Shown here one piece after another: positions 1-41,625 of a stretch of DNA of 64,000 nucleotides. Within the stretch, counting starts at the first letter, position 1, and every line of letters begins with the position of its first letter. The translations under genes and the position numbers were made by a program. The notes below the pieces were generated by a model. It had not been told where the DNA came from. It was given only the letters and a program-made list of their open reading frames with translations, and searched no databases. The stretch is from NCBI RefSeq assembly GCF_018977255.1, contig NW_024704758.1:15500001-15564000 (forward strand), read 5' to 3'. This DNA is from Callorhinchus milii. Lineage: Eukaryota.

Positions 1-31683
<31,683 letters not shown>

Positions 31684-31707
31684 GGCTGGGGAGAGGGAGC
31701 GAGAGGT

Positions 31708-31752
31708 TTAAATGTAGTTGATGGCTTCCCTCAGGAGGTGAGCGGGAGCCAT
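31708..31752 (-). other. uORF in USP47 leader (MAPAHLLREAINYI*)
   Basis: AACATGG context; TAA 24 nt before the main ATG; assumes the TSS lies upstream. Confidence 0.55.
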
Positions 31753-31790
31753 GTTGTTTCTCGCTCTCTGTCACACACAGACTCTCAGGC

Positions 31791-32085
31791 GGAGGGCGGG
31801 GACAGTCTGTGACGCGGAGTGGAGGGCGGGGACAGTCTGTGACGCGAGGCAGAGGGCGGGGACAGGCTGTGACGCGAGGCAGAGGGCGGGGACAGGCTGT
31901 GACGCGGAGTGGAGGGCGGGGACAGGCTGTGACGCGGAGTGGAGGGCGGGGACAGGCTGTGACGCGGAGTGGAGGGCGGGGACAGGCTGTGACGCGAGGC
32001 AGAGGGCGGGGACAGGCTGTGACGCGGAGTGGAGGGCGGGGACAGGCTGTGACGCGGAGTGGAGGGCGGGGACAGGCTGTGACGC
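31791..32085. repeat. 30-bp tandem repeat, ~10 units (GGAGGGCGGGGACAGGCTGTGACGCGGAGT)
   Basis: Strict 30-nt periodicity; two alternating unit variants. Confidence 0.97.
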
Positions 32086-32150
32086 GCGGCTCCAAACGTG
32101 AAAATGGCGGCGGCTGTTTCCCCGCCCGCGCATGCGCACACGCCGCTACT
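32086..32150 (-). promoter_or_regulatory. USP47 core promoter (YY1 and NRF1 motifs)
   Basis: AAAATGGCGGC (YY1 consensus) at 32101-32111; GCGCATGCGCA (NRF1 consensus) at 32128-32138; CCCGCCC GC box; CpG-rich. Confidence 0.7.
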
Positions 32151-32184
32151 GTTTGCAACAATAGGGGTGTCATTTCTTGTTTTC

Positions 32185-32741
32185 TGTGACACTGTGTGAC
32201 ACTGTGTGTCTGTCACTGTGTGTCTGTCTGTGTGTGACACTGTGTGTCTGTCACTGTGTGTCTGTCTGTGTGTGACACTGTGTGTCTGTCACTGTGTGTC
32301 TGTCTGTGTGTGACACTGTGTGTCTGTCACTGTGTGTCTGTCTGTGTGTGACCCTGTTCTGTCACTGTGTGTCTGTCTGTGTGTGACACTGTGTGTGACA
32401 CTGTGTGTCTGTCTGTGTGTGACACTGTGTGTCTGTCACTGTGTGTCTGTCTGTGTGTGACACTGTGTGTCTGTCACTGTGTGTCTGTCTGTGTGTGACA
32501 CTGTGTGTCTGTCACTGTGTGTCTGTCTGTGTGTGACCTGTGTGTCTGTCACTGTGTGTCTGTCTGTGTGTGACACTGTGTGTCTGTCACTGTGTGTCTG
32601 TCTGTGTGTGACACTGTGTGTGACACTGTGTGTGTATCTCACTGTGTGTGTGTGACACTGTGTGTGACACTGTGTGTCTGTCTGTGTGTGACACTGTGTG
32701 TCTGTCACTGTGTGTCTGTCTGTGTGTGACACTGTGTGTGA
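32185..32741. repeat. TG-rich minisatellite, ~38 bp unit (TGTGTGTCTGTCACTGTGTGTCTGTCTGTGTGTGACAC)
   Basis: Directly visible. Confidence 0.95.
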
Positions 32742-32744
32742 CCT

Positions 32745-32805
32745 TGAGGTATAGATCAGCGATGATCTTATAAAATGGCGGAACAGGCTTGAGGGGCTGA
32801 ATACC
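32745..32805 (+). mobile_element. HE1/HER1-like (chondrichthyan CR1/SINE) 3' tail remnant
   Basis: GATCAGCGATGATCTTATAAAATGGCGGAACAGGCTTGAGGGGCTGAAT resembles the shark element tail as recalled. Confidence 0.55.
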
Positions 32806-32867
32806 TGGTGCTGTGTCTATGGCGCCCAGTGGATAATTGTTCTTCTCCCATATCTGCTGTGACTTAG

Positions 32868-34090
32868 CAGAGGCCCCCACAGAGAGACCCCCACAGAGAC
32901 CGCCACAGAGAGACCCCCACAGAGACCGCCACAGAGAGGCCCCCACAGAGACCGCCACAGAGAGGCCCCCACAGAGAGGCCCCACAGAGAGCCCCCACAG
33001 AGACCGCCACAGAGAGACCCCCACAGAGACCGCCACAGAGAGCCCCCACAGAGACCGCCACAGAGAGGACCCCACAGAGACCCCCAAAGAGACCGCCACA
33101 GAGAGGCCCCCACAGAGAGACCCCCACAGAGACCGCCACAGAGAGACCCCCAAAGAGACCGCCACAGAGAGACCCCGAGACCGCCACAGAGAGCCCCCAC
33201 AGAGGCCCCCACAGAGACCGCCACAGAGCCCCCACAAGAGACCCCCACAGAGACCGCCACAGAGAGACCCCCAAAGAGACCGCCACAGAGAGGCCCCCAC
33301 AGAGAGACCCCCACAGAGACCGCCACAGAGAGACCCCACAGAGAGCCCCCACAGAGACCGCCACAGAGAGGCCCCCACAGAGAGACCCCCACAGAGACCC
33401 CCACACAGAGACCCCCACACAGAGACCCCCACAGAGAGACCCCACAGAGACCGCCACAGAGAGGCCCCCACAGAGACCGCCACAGAGAGGCCCCCACAGA
33501 GAGGCCCCCACAGAGACCGCCACAGAGAGGCCCCCACAGAGAGGCCCCCACAGAGACCGCCACAGAGAGACCCCCACAGAGAGGCCCCCACAGAGAGGCC
33601 CCCACAGAGACCGCCACAGAGAGGGCCCCCACAGAGAGGCCCCCACAGAGAGGCCCCCACAGAGACCCCCACAGAGAGCCCCCACAGAGAGGCCCCCACA
33701 GAGACCGCCACAGAGAGGCCCCCACAGAGAGGCCCCCACAGAGAGGCCCCCACAGAGAGGCCCCCACAGAGAGACCCCCACAGAGAGGCCCCCACAGAGA
33801 GGCCCCCACAGAGAGGCCCCCACAGAGACCGCCACAGAGAGACCCCCACAGAGACCGCCACAGAGAGGCCCCCACAGAGAGGCCCCCACAGAGACCCCCA
33901 CAGAGGCCCCCACAGAGAGGCCCCCACAGAGAGGCCCCCACAGAGACCGCCACAGAGAGACCCCCACAGAGACCGCCACAGAGAGACCCCCACAGAGACC
34001 GCCACAGAGAGACCCCCACAGAGACCGCCACGGAGAGACCCCCACAGAGACCGCCACAGAGAGACCCCCACAGAGACCGCCACAGAGAGG
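32868..34090. repeat. Minisatellite of 12-14 bp units (CAGAGAGGCCCCCA / CAGAGACCGCCA / CAGAGAGACCCCCA)
   Basis: Directly visible; source of the spurious 400-500 aa ORFs. Confidence 0.96.
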
Positions 34091-34522
34091 CTACTTATCA
34101 GCAACTCACTGCCTGTATTATTAGTTTACAGCATTTGACATATCAGTAATAATGTCAAACAAGTGACATAATGATTTAGAATGTTCTTGTTGAAGAGGTT
34201 ATATTCTCTTTCTGGATATTTACGAAACATTGGAGTATTTCCAGGTTTGAATTAAAAATCTGTTCCTTCCTCTCACTATAGCAGGGATCTTTGTAATCTT
34301 GTACAAAAAGATATTTTGAAAGGAGTTGCCATTTAAATAGTTATAGTTGGAGAGGGGAGACCATTAGCTAAAAGGAGCCATTTTGTTCAAATGCAATTGT
34401 ATTGTTATTAACAATAGTTACAATCATATGCATTTGCTTAGTTGTAAAATGTCCTAAAATGCATAGGTGCAATAATTTAATGACTGGATTATTTTTCAAA
34501 GGGAAGATTGCTTTGTCTGAGT

Positions 34523-34760
34523 TATAATAATCATCATCCTTGTATTTGATATAGCACCTTATCACATTGTCGAGGCGTCTCAAAGCGCTTCACAGAATAT
34601 ATTGTAAAGTGAATTGCATTTATATTTTGTGGGTGAAATGCAGCAGCCAAATGCCAACAGAGGTGTCCCAAAAACAGTTATGAGTTGAGTGACCAAATTA
34701 TTAATTATTTTTGGGGGTCTTATTACCCTCAGAAAAGCAAACCACCAATCGACAACTATT
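34523..34760 (-). mobile_element. SINE 3' part, diverged
   Basis: Core and tail similarity. Confidence 0.8.
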
Positions 34761-35094
34761 ATGTACATTTTATGTCTCATGATTATTGGCAGAAACTATG
34801 AAATGGCTGGTGCTCGAACAAGAGAATACACTATCTTAGGTACACAGCAACCACTAATACAATATACATATATAAATATGCACATATTGCACTTTTCACA
34901 CACGGAGGAATCACACTGATCATTGATTAAATTGCAATGTCGTTCACAATATCTCTGATTAATCCCACTAAGCAAGACAAGTACTAACATTATAGTATTT
35001 GTCTATCTTTTTAACCTTAGTTCACAGTGTGTGTTGAATTTGTTTGTTGAACATTTGTCCATAACTGACGAGGAATGTCTTCCATTACAAATGA

Positions 35095-35250
35095 TCCCAG
35101 TAGTGGTTTGAGCACTTGCCTCGCAAGTGAGAGTATCTGGGTTCGATTCCCAGGCAGGGCGAAATCTTAAGTCAAATTTCCTTACTCCTCACAACTCTGT
35201 TTACCTAGCAGAAAGTAGGAACCCAGATTGGCGGATCTCTCTCCAGGGGT
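35095..35250 (+). mobile_element. SINE 5' part (tRNA-like head)
   Basis: GGGTTCGATTCCC B box followed by GGGCGAAATCTT...TTTCCTTACTCC. Confidence 0.75.
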
Positions 35251-35963
35251 AATAGAATCCATTTAATTTTATAATGACATGAATATTCATACAGCGCCTT
35301 TCATATAAAACAGTCTCAAAGCACATTGCAAAATGTAAACAGGAAATAAATCAATAGGAAATAAAAGTGAACGTTATACAGGCAAGTATGGCAGCTAAAT
35401 CTGGGGGAGGCAGAATCTAGTAAGCATCAATGAAGCGAGTAGCCAATTCATTTGAAATCTGTAAATTTGGATCAAGGGGAATAGCCAGATAAACTGGGAG
35501 AAAGTTTCCATTGGCTTCTTTGGCAATACCAGAGCTGCCTTTGTGTTCTTTATTTGAATCACAGACAGAACCAATGTTATAATAATCCTTGAACATGATA
35601 CAGCACCTTATCCCATTATCAAAACATCTTACATTTGAGGATTAGCAAAGCCATCAAGCGATTTCAATCTTTTGAAAGTATCAGAGGTTAACTCAAACCC
35701 CTAAATCTGTTTAACTTTGAGTAATTTACCATCTTCAGTTTTGATTTATCAAGATCAGATCTTTCTACTGTTGATCGCAATATCTTTATTTTGGTGCTTT
35801 TTTTTGAACACGTTGCAATTACAAAATGCCCCGATTCTCAAGATTTTGAACTTATTAAAATCTAGAGCATCATATATCTTGATGCAATATTACGGGCAAG
35901 TTGGTCAGCACGTTTTAAAACCCCACAAATCAATAAACACAAGGAACATTGTTCCAAACTGAT

Positions 35964-35969
35964 TTTATT
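35964..35969 (-). terminator. Candidate poly(A) signal for the PYURF-PIGY transcript
   Basis: AATAAA on the minus strand about 460 nt after the PIGY stop; a second copy at 35785-35790. Confidence 0.4.
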
Positions 35970-36424
35970 CAAAACCAAATCAAGTTGCACAAAACACATT
36001 AAAGCACGGTTTACATTCATTAACAATTGAACAGCAGGGTTTGTTTTCACAGTGAAGGGTTGTTCAAAGCTTTCTAAAACCCCAAGCCACCAGCTAGGGG
36101 TCACCGGCCTAATTTCTACTTCTGACTCCGAATGGATAGACAATTTGCACATGTTTGCAGTGCAGGGCACCGACTTCAAATCCAGACTCTAAAAGGGCTC
36201 GACGGGCTTGATGCGAGTTTCCTAAAAATATATTTCCGTTGCAAGAAATTTGTTAATCGACACCAGTAAAACACATACAATAACCTTCCCCAAACTTTCC
36301 GTTGAACATGCAATCTTGATCTAAAACACAAAGCTATAATTGTATCTATTAGAGGCAACATTCAATGCAAGAATTAACCACATTTGTTCATACCACTCTG
36401 CATGCCAACAGTACTGATCTCAAA

Positions 36425-36652
36425 CTAGTTGTGCCTGAAAAGCTTAATCCCCATCCAGTTCCACAGGTGAAAGAAAACGTACACTGGTATCGTGATGGGG
36501 AGCAGGAGGCTATAAAAACACACACTGCCTGTACTAGTACACCCCTGAGGGAAATTCTCATCAACCATAGCCGAATACAGTAGTCCAGCTAAAGACAGAA
36601 GGGGAACCAGCACAGTTAGAGTTGACAGAGGAAGTGCCATTGTTTCAAACAT
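36425..36652 (-). CDS. PIGY: GPI-GlcNAc transferase subunit Y (75 aa; 71 aa from second ATG at 36640)
   Basis: Intronless ORF ...LTVLVPLLSLAGLLYSA..ENFPQGCTST..CFYSLLLPITIPVYVFFHLWNWMGIKLFRHN with two hydrophobic segments; matches PIGY as recalled; 80 nt downstream of the PYURF stop. Confidence 0.96.
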   Translation of the reverse strand: MFETMALPLSTLTVLVPLLSLAGLLYSAMVDENFPQGCTSTGSVCFYSLLLPITIPVYVFFHLWNWMGIKLFRHN

Positions 36653-36732
36653 TTATGTTATATTCCTTGTGTTTTGTGACAGATTTATTTCCCCCGCCTC
36701 ACCGAGTCCCATTCATCCAGAAAACAGTTTGA

Positions 36733-37617
36733 TTATTTCTGTGAATCTTCCTTGCACATATCTTCAGTTCTCCGAATCAGTCTCGCGTCCTGTGGGATCA
36801 TATTTGGGATTCCATCGACAATGGGATATGCTATTCCCAACTCATCGTTTATCAGCTGATTGGTATCTTCCGCGTATCTGCAAAACCACATGAAACAACA
36901 GAATTGAGGAAAAAAAGTGGTCCATTGATGATGTCAGCAATTGGGTGAGGGGGGGGGGGGGGGGTGGGGGTCGGGGGGGGTGGGGGTCGGGGGGGTGAGG
37001 GTGGGGGTCGGGGGGGTGAGGGTGGGGGGGTGGGGGTCGGGGGGGTGGGGGTCGGGGGGTGAGGGTCGGGGGGTGGGGGTCGGGGGGGGTGAGGGTGGGG
37101 GAGGTGGGGGTCGGGGGGGGTGAGGGTCGGGGGGGTGGAGGTCGGGGGGGTGGAGGTCGGGGGGTGGGGGTCGGGGGGGGTGGGGGTCGGGGGGTGGGTG
37201 GGGGTCGGGGGGGTGAGGGTGGGGGGGGTGGGGGTCGGGGGGGGGTGGGGGTCGGGGGGGTGGGGTCGGGGGGGTGGGGGTCGGGGGGGTGGGGTCGGGG
37301 GGGTGGGGGTCGGGGGGTGGGGGTCGGGGGGTGGGGGTCGGGGGGGTGGGGGTCGGGGGGGTGGGGGTGGGGGGGGTGGGGGTCGGGGGGGTGGGGGTCG
37401 GGGGGGTGAGGGTCGGGGGGGTGGGGGTCGGGGGGGTGACCAACCTCAGGGGTCTCCGGCTGAGCGGACAGACCAGACAGGTCAGGAGGGAGATGTCAAA
37501 GGTCCTCACACTGGGGTCAGGGGTCACATGGACCAGCCTCCGGCTGCCGACTCCAGGGCCCCCCGCGACCCCCGCGCAGTGACACAGCCGCCCCCACCCC
37601 CACCCCGCCCGCAACAT
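36733..37617 (-). CDS. PYURF: PreY / PIGY upstream reading frame, Trm112-like mitochondrial protein, 105 aa; exons 37617-37445 and 36877-36733
   Basis: Spliced product ...FDISLLTCLVCPLSRRPLR|YAEDTNQLINDELGIAYPIVDGIPNMIPQDAR... carries the Trm112/PreY motifs LVCP and YPIxDGIPxM. Arg-rich, acid-poor N-terminus. Donor AG|gttggt, acceptor ttttgcag. Confidence 0.93.
36942..37438. repeat. G-rich repeat (GGGGGTCGGGGGGGT)n filling most of the PYURF intron
   Basis: Directly visible; intron spans 36878-37444. Confidence 0.95.
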
Positions 37618-37629
37618 CGCCCCGGCCTC

Positions 37630-37755
37630 ACACAGCACTTCCGGGTCACACGGCACCGGGGGCGGGACCAAATATATCCCCGCCCCTTCCGGGGGTCACA
37701 TGGCACCGGGGGCGGGGCTCACAGCATCATCACAGTGAAGCCCCGCCCCCTCTAC
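37630..37755 (-). promoter_or_regulatory. PYURF-PIGY promoter
   Basis: Two CCGGAAG ETS/GABP-type motifs and several GGGCGG boxes in a CpG-rich segment just upstream of the ATG. Confidence 0.6.
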
Positions 37756-37766
37756 TGCTGACAGCC

Positions 37767-38245
37767 TCACTGCTCACACACTCACTGCTCACACTCACTC
37801 ACTGCTCACACTCACTGTGCCCACTCACTGCTCACACTCACTCACTGCTCACACTCACTCACTGCTCACACTCACTCACTGCTCACACTCACTGTGCCCA
37901 CTCACTGCTCACACACTCACTGCTCACACTCACTGCTCACACTCACTCACTGCTCACACTCACTCACTGCTCACACACTCACTGCTCACACTCACTCACT
38001 GCTCACACTCACTGTGCCCACTCACTGCTCACACACTCACTGCTCACACTCACTCACTGCTCACACTCACTGTGCCCACTCACTGCTCACACACTCACTG
38101 CTCACACTCACTGTGCCCACTCACTGCTCACACTCACTCACTGCTCACACTCACTGTGCCCACTCACTGCTCACACACTCACTGCTCACACTCACTGTGC
38201 CCACTCACTGCTCACACACTCACTGCTCACACTCACTGCTCACTG
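37767..38245. repeat. Minisatellite (ACTCACTGCTCAC / CACTGTGCCCACT variants) upstream of PYURF
   Basis: Directly visible. Confidence 0.95.
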
Positions 38246-41200
38246 CTGCCATTGCTATGCTTTTATGCTGTGAATAACAACTGTGGCACCACGAGCCCTG
38301 AGGGGAAGGCAATGGTTTACAGTCACCACCTGAGTCTGTGCTTCACTGGACTTTAACTGCAAAGGTTGAGCTTAACTGCATGTGGAGGAGGAGGACATTC
38401 TCACGTGTACCTTCCTCGGCCTTTTGTCAAAGATCAAATGTAGTTTGTGTTGCCATCTGGTTCCCTGGAGCCGGAGCAATGCTGGAGTTTCTCCTGTTCG
38501 GAGTGTCTGAGCTCCTGTAGCTGTCTCTCTGCTGCTCAGACTCAGGATTGCAGCACTTCCCACCTGAGGTGTGAGATCTACCCTCACACACACACTGACA
38601 TCTGCCCTTACCCAGAGGAAGTCACTCGAGCCACTCACGAGGCTCAGGCTTGCCCAGCAAGGGAGGCCATCCTGTCAGCTGACCTGCTGGGGGGGGGGGG
38701 GTGAAGACAGGGTTCACATTCACATTGTCCTTTGACAATTTGGGGCCTGCAGAGTTTGGGGGAGGGGCTGGTCTGCGGGGGAAACCTGGTTCCCAAAGTT
38801 TGGGCCTAATTGGGTTACTGGGGGTGAGCAGGATAAGCTCCCTCACCAATAAAAACATTTGTTTTAAATCCTCACACATTTTCTTGAATGTATGAAGGAA
38901 AGTGGGAAGAAATAAGCGGAGCCCCAGCAAGTTCACAGTATTCCAGGGCACTGCTGATGGCAGACCAGAAAGCCTGGCTATTCAGCAAGACTTGGGAGAG
39001 ACGGGCACCACAGTCGCTGGGAGCAGGAATTCTTACAACTCAACTCCCATTTGCCCTGCAAGTCAAAGCCCAAATGGATAGGGTGATGGGCTGAACAAGC
39101 AACAGAACGCTTGCCAGATAGTGCTGTCAATGGCAAACCATGTGGATTTATCTGCTTAAACTCCAGCTGTTACCTCAGGTGATGGGTCTCGGCAGGTGTC
39201 AGACACCCAGTTGTACAAAAACAAATTTCCACATGGGTTTCTCCAAACTCCAGAACAATTTCCTTTCAGAATGTATCAGAACTCTAAATCATTTGTAATC
39301 ATCTCAAATAAAAGTGCAGCTTAGTCTGTGAATAAGTGTCAGATAAATGTCTGGAATCCTCGATGCATGGTTTAATATGGTATCTCTGTGTGTTGCTGAA
39401 TTTCATATCGGCATTCATTAAATTACTGCAGTTGTTGGGAACACAAGCAAAGTTGCTCAGCAGCAGAAAACATACAAAAACACATCCTTCGGTTCACAAG
39501 GATCACATCCAGAAAACTGATCAAAATATCAACATACTGTACAACCATGAAACTGTCCTGACAGCAATGTACCACCAGGTGGTGCCATTGAGCCAAAGCT
39601 GACACAGCAGCTCAAACCTTTCTCTGTTATTTACACAGATGTTTGGAGAGATGTTATGTTGTCTGTGACAAACAGCGACCTTTGTTATGTTCCAAAATGT
39701 TTTCGGCAGTTTTTTCCAATCCTAAAGTTTTTCAATTGTTCACAAGGTCTTTCAAATGCTTCACCATGAAATCTACAGAATAGCTTTATTTCTGTTTTTT
39801 TCTCTTATACTCTTTATTATCAATGGAATATGAAATCAATGCAGAGCTCCATTACGCAGGTGATGTTATTCACTGTAGAATTACTGGCGTACATTTACAC
39901 AGGAAATTACACAATCTCAACAAATTGTCATGATTTTCTCTTTGCCTCACTTACCTCACACAAGTGAACTTTTTCCTTGTGTGAGTATGCAGACAGTGAG
40001 GGGTGGGGAGAGAAAGTGAGAAGAGCCATCATATTCAAGATGTCTTGACAACACAATAAAGTGCTATGTCAAATGTAAAGATTATTATTATGCACTCTGC
40101 TTGAAGGGCGCTATACAAATGCAAGTTGTTATTGTTATTCATGGTACATCAATGGTTCAAAGCCAACAAAAAAAGAGTTTTTGGTTCATAGATTGCCATC
40201 CACATTCAATGCTTGTCCAGTTTAGGTTCTCTCTTTGAATACTTGCTGTGGATTCCTGCACAAGAAAAATCAATCACAGACTCTTGGATAAGCACAGCTA
40301 ATTATTTTCATTCCATGTCCTGTTTAGCTATGGTCCTAGCGTAGTGTGCTGTGCTGTTTGATCTGATACCCCATCAATCATTAAGAGCACCAGCATGAGA
40401 CACTTCACATCTCGGAAGAAACAAGGTGATGCACAGAGAGAATGGTCAAAGATAGAAATTTACAATGAGACACAGTAATCAATGACATTTATCGGTCACC
40501 TCCTGACTTCAAACAAAAGCTTAGTATACTGCGCTTCAGTGTTAAGTAATTAAATTATTTATTGATGATTGCACAGATTCAATTTACACCAAGCCTTCGA
40601 TTGCAAAATGCCACCAGGATGATCTGAATATATTTCTCTGGAGCTCAGCCGTCAAGACAAGCATGAAAAGATATTAATAAATAATAATAATAATCCTTGC
40701 ATTTGATGCAGCACAGCATCTCATCATCAAGACGTTTCAAAGTGTTTCACGGGATATACTGTAAAGTGCTATTGCTGTTTGTATTTGTGGGCAAACAGAT
40801 TTACGATCTGATATGCAATTTTGCACAAACAGTCATGAAGTGAGGACCCAATTTTATTTGGGGATAGTTGGACAGGACACTGGGAGAAATTCCCTTCTCT
40901 TTTTCAATAGCGCCTCAGGATCTTTAGTCTGCCTGAACTGCATGGTTGGAGGTGCCGTCTTTATGATGATACATTAAAACAAAGTCCCCTCTGCCCGTTC
41001 AGGTGGACATTAAGGATCTCATTGCACAATTTAAAAAAAGGGAGTTTCACATATCTGAACTTTATAAAAAGGAAACAGCAACTATGTATCTTTATAAATC
41101 ATCTCACATCAGCGGGTTGGGGAGGGGTCTCAACATGCTTTACACGGGTGACTGAGGACAGGAGGTTGGGATGGGTGGTGGAGGAAGAAATCTGTGGAGC

Positions 41201-41419
41201 ATTGGGGGAGGGAAGGAAAAAGGTGACTGACATCACTGTCAAAGAGATGGGTCTTAAGGCAGGCTTTAAATATGGCATTGGGGGAGGGAAAGCAGAGGGA
41301 ATCTGGGATGGAATGAAAGCTCTTGTGGGGCAGATCAGACAGGGGACATGAAGCAGACCGGCACTTGTTGAAACAGATCTATTGCAGCCTTTCTAACACT
41401 AGGGTAGAAAAATAATAAA

Positions 41420-41625
41420 AAGAATGATCCTTGCATTTGATATAGGACCTTATCACGTTGTTGAGAAGTCTCAAAGATCTTTGCAGAATATATACTGTAA
41501 AGTTTATTGAGTGTATATTCTGTAGTAGAAACGTAGCACCCAATTGCGCACAGCAGTATGCCACAAACAGTTGTGAAACGAGTGACCAATTTATTATTAT
41601 GTTTTTTTGAAGGGATTATTACCCA
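41420..41625 (-). mobile_element. SINE 3' part, diverged
   Basis: Core and tail similarity. Confidence 0.78.

Noticed and set aside
31791-32085. Regular 30-bp repeats resembling a CRISPR array
   Set aside because: No unique spacers and no cas genes; eukaryotic tandem repeat
32587-34138. Long ORFs of 397-505 aa on both strands
   Set aside because: Stop-free translation of the 12-14 bp minisatellite; low-complexity and open in several frames
36934-37761. 245-aa proline-rich ORF and Gly-rich plus-strand ORFs
   Set aside because: PYURF exon 1 read through into the intronic repeat; the real product splices at 37445 to 36877
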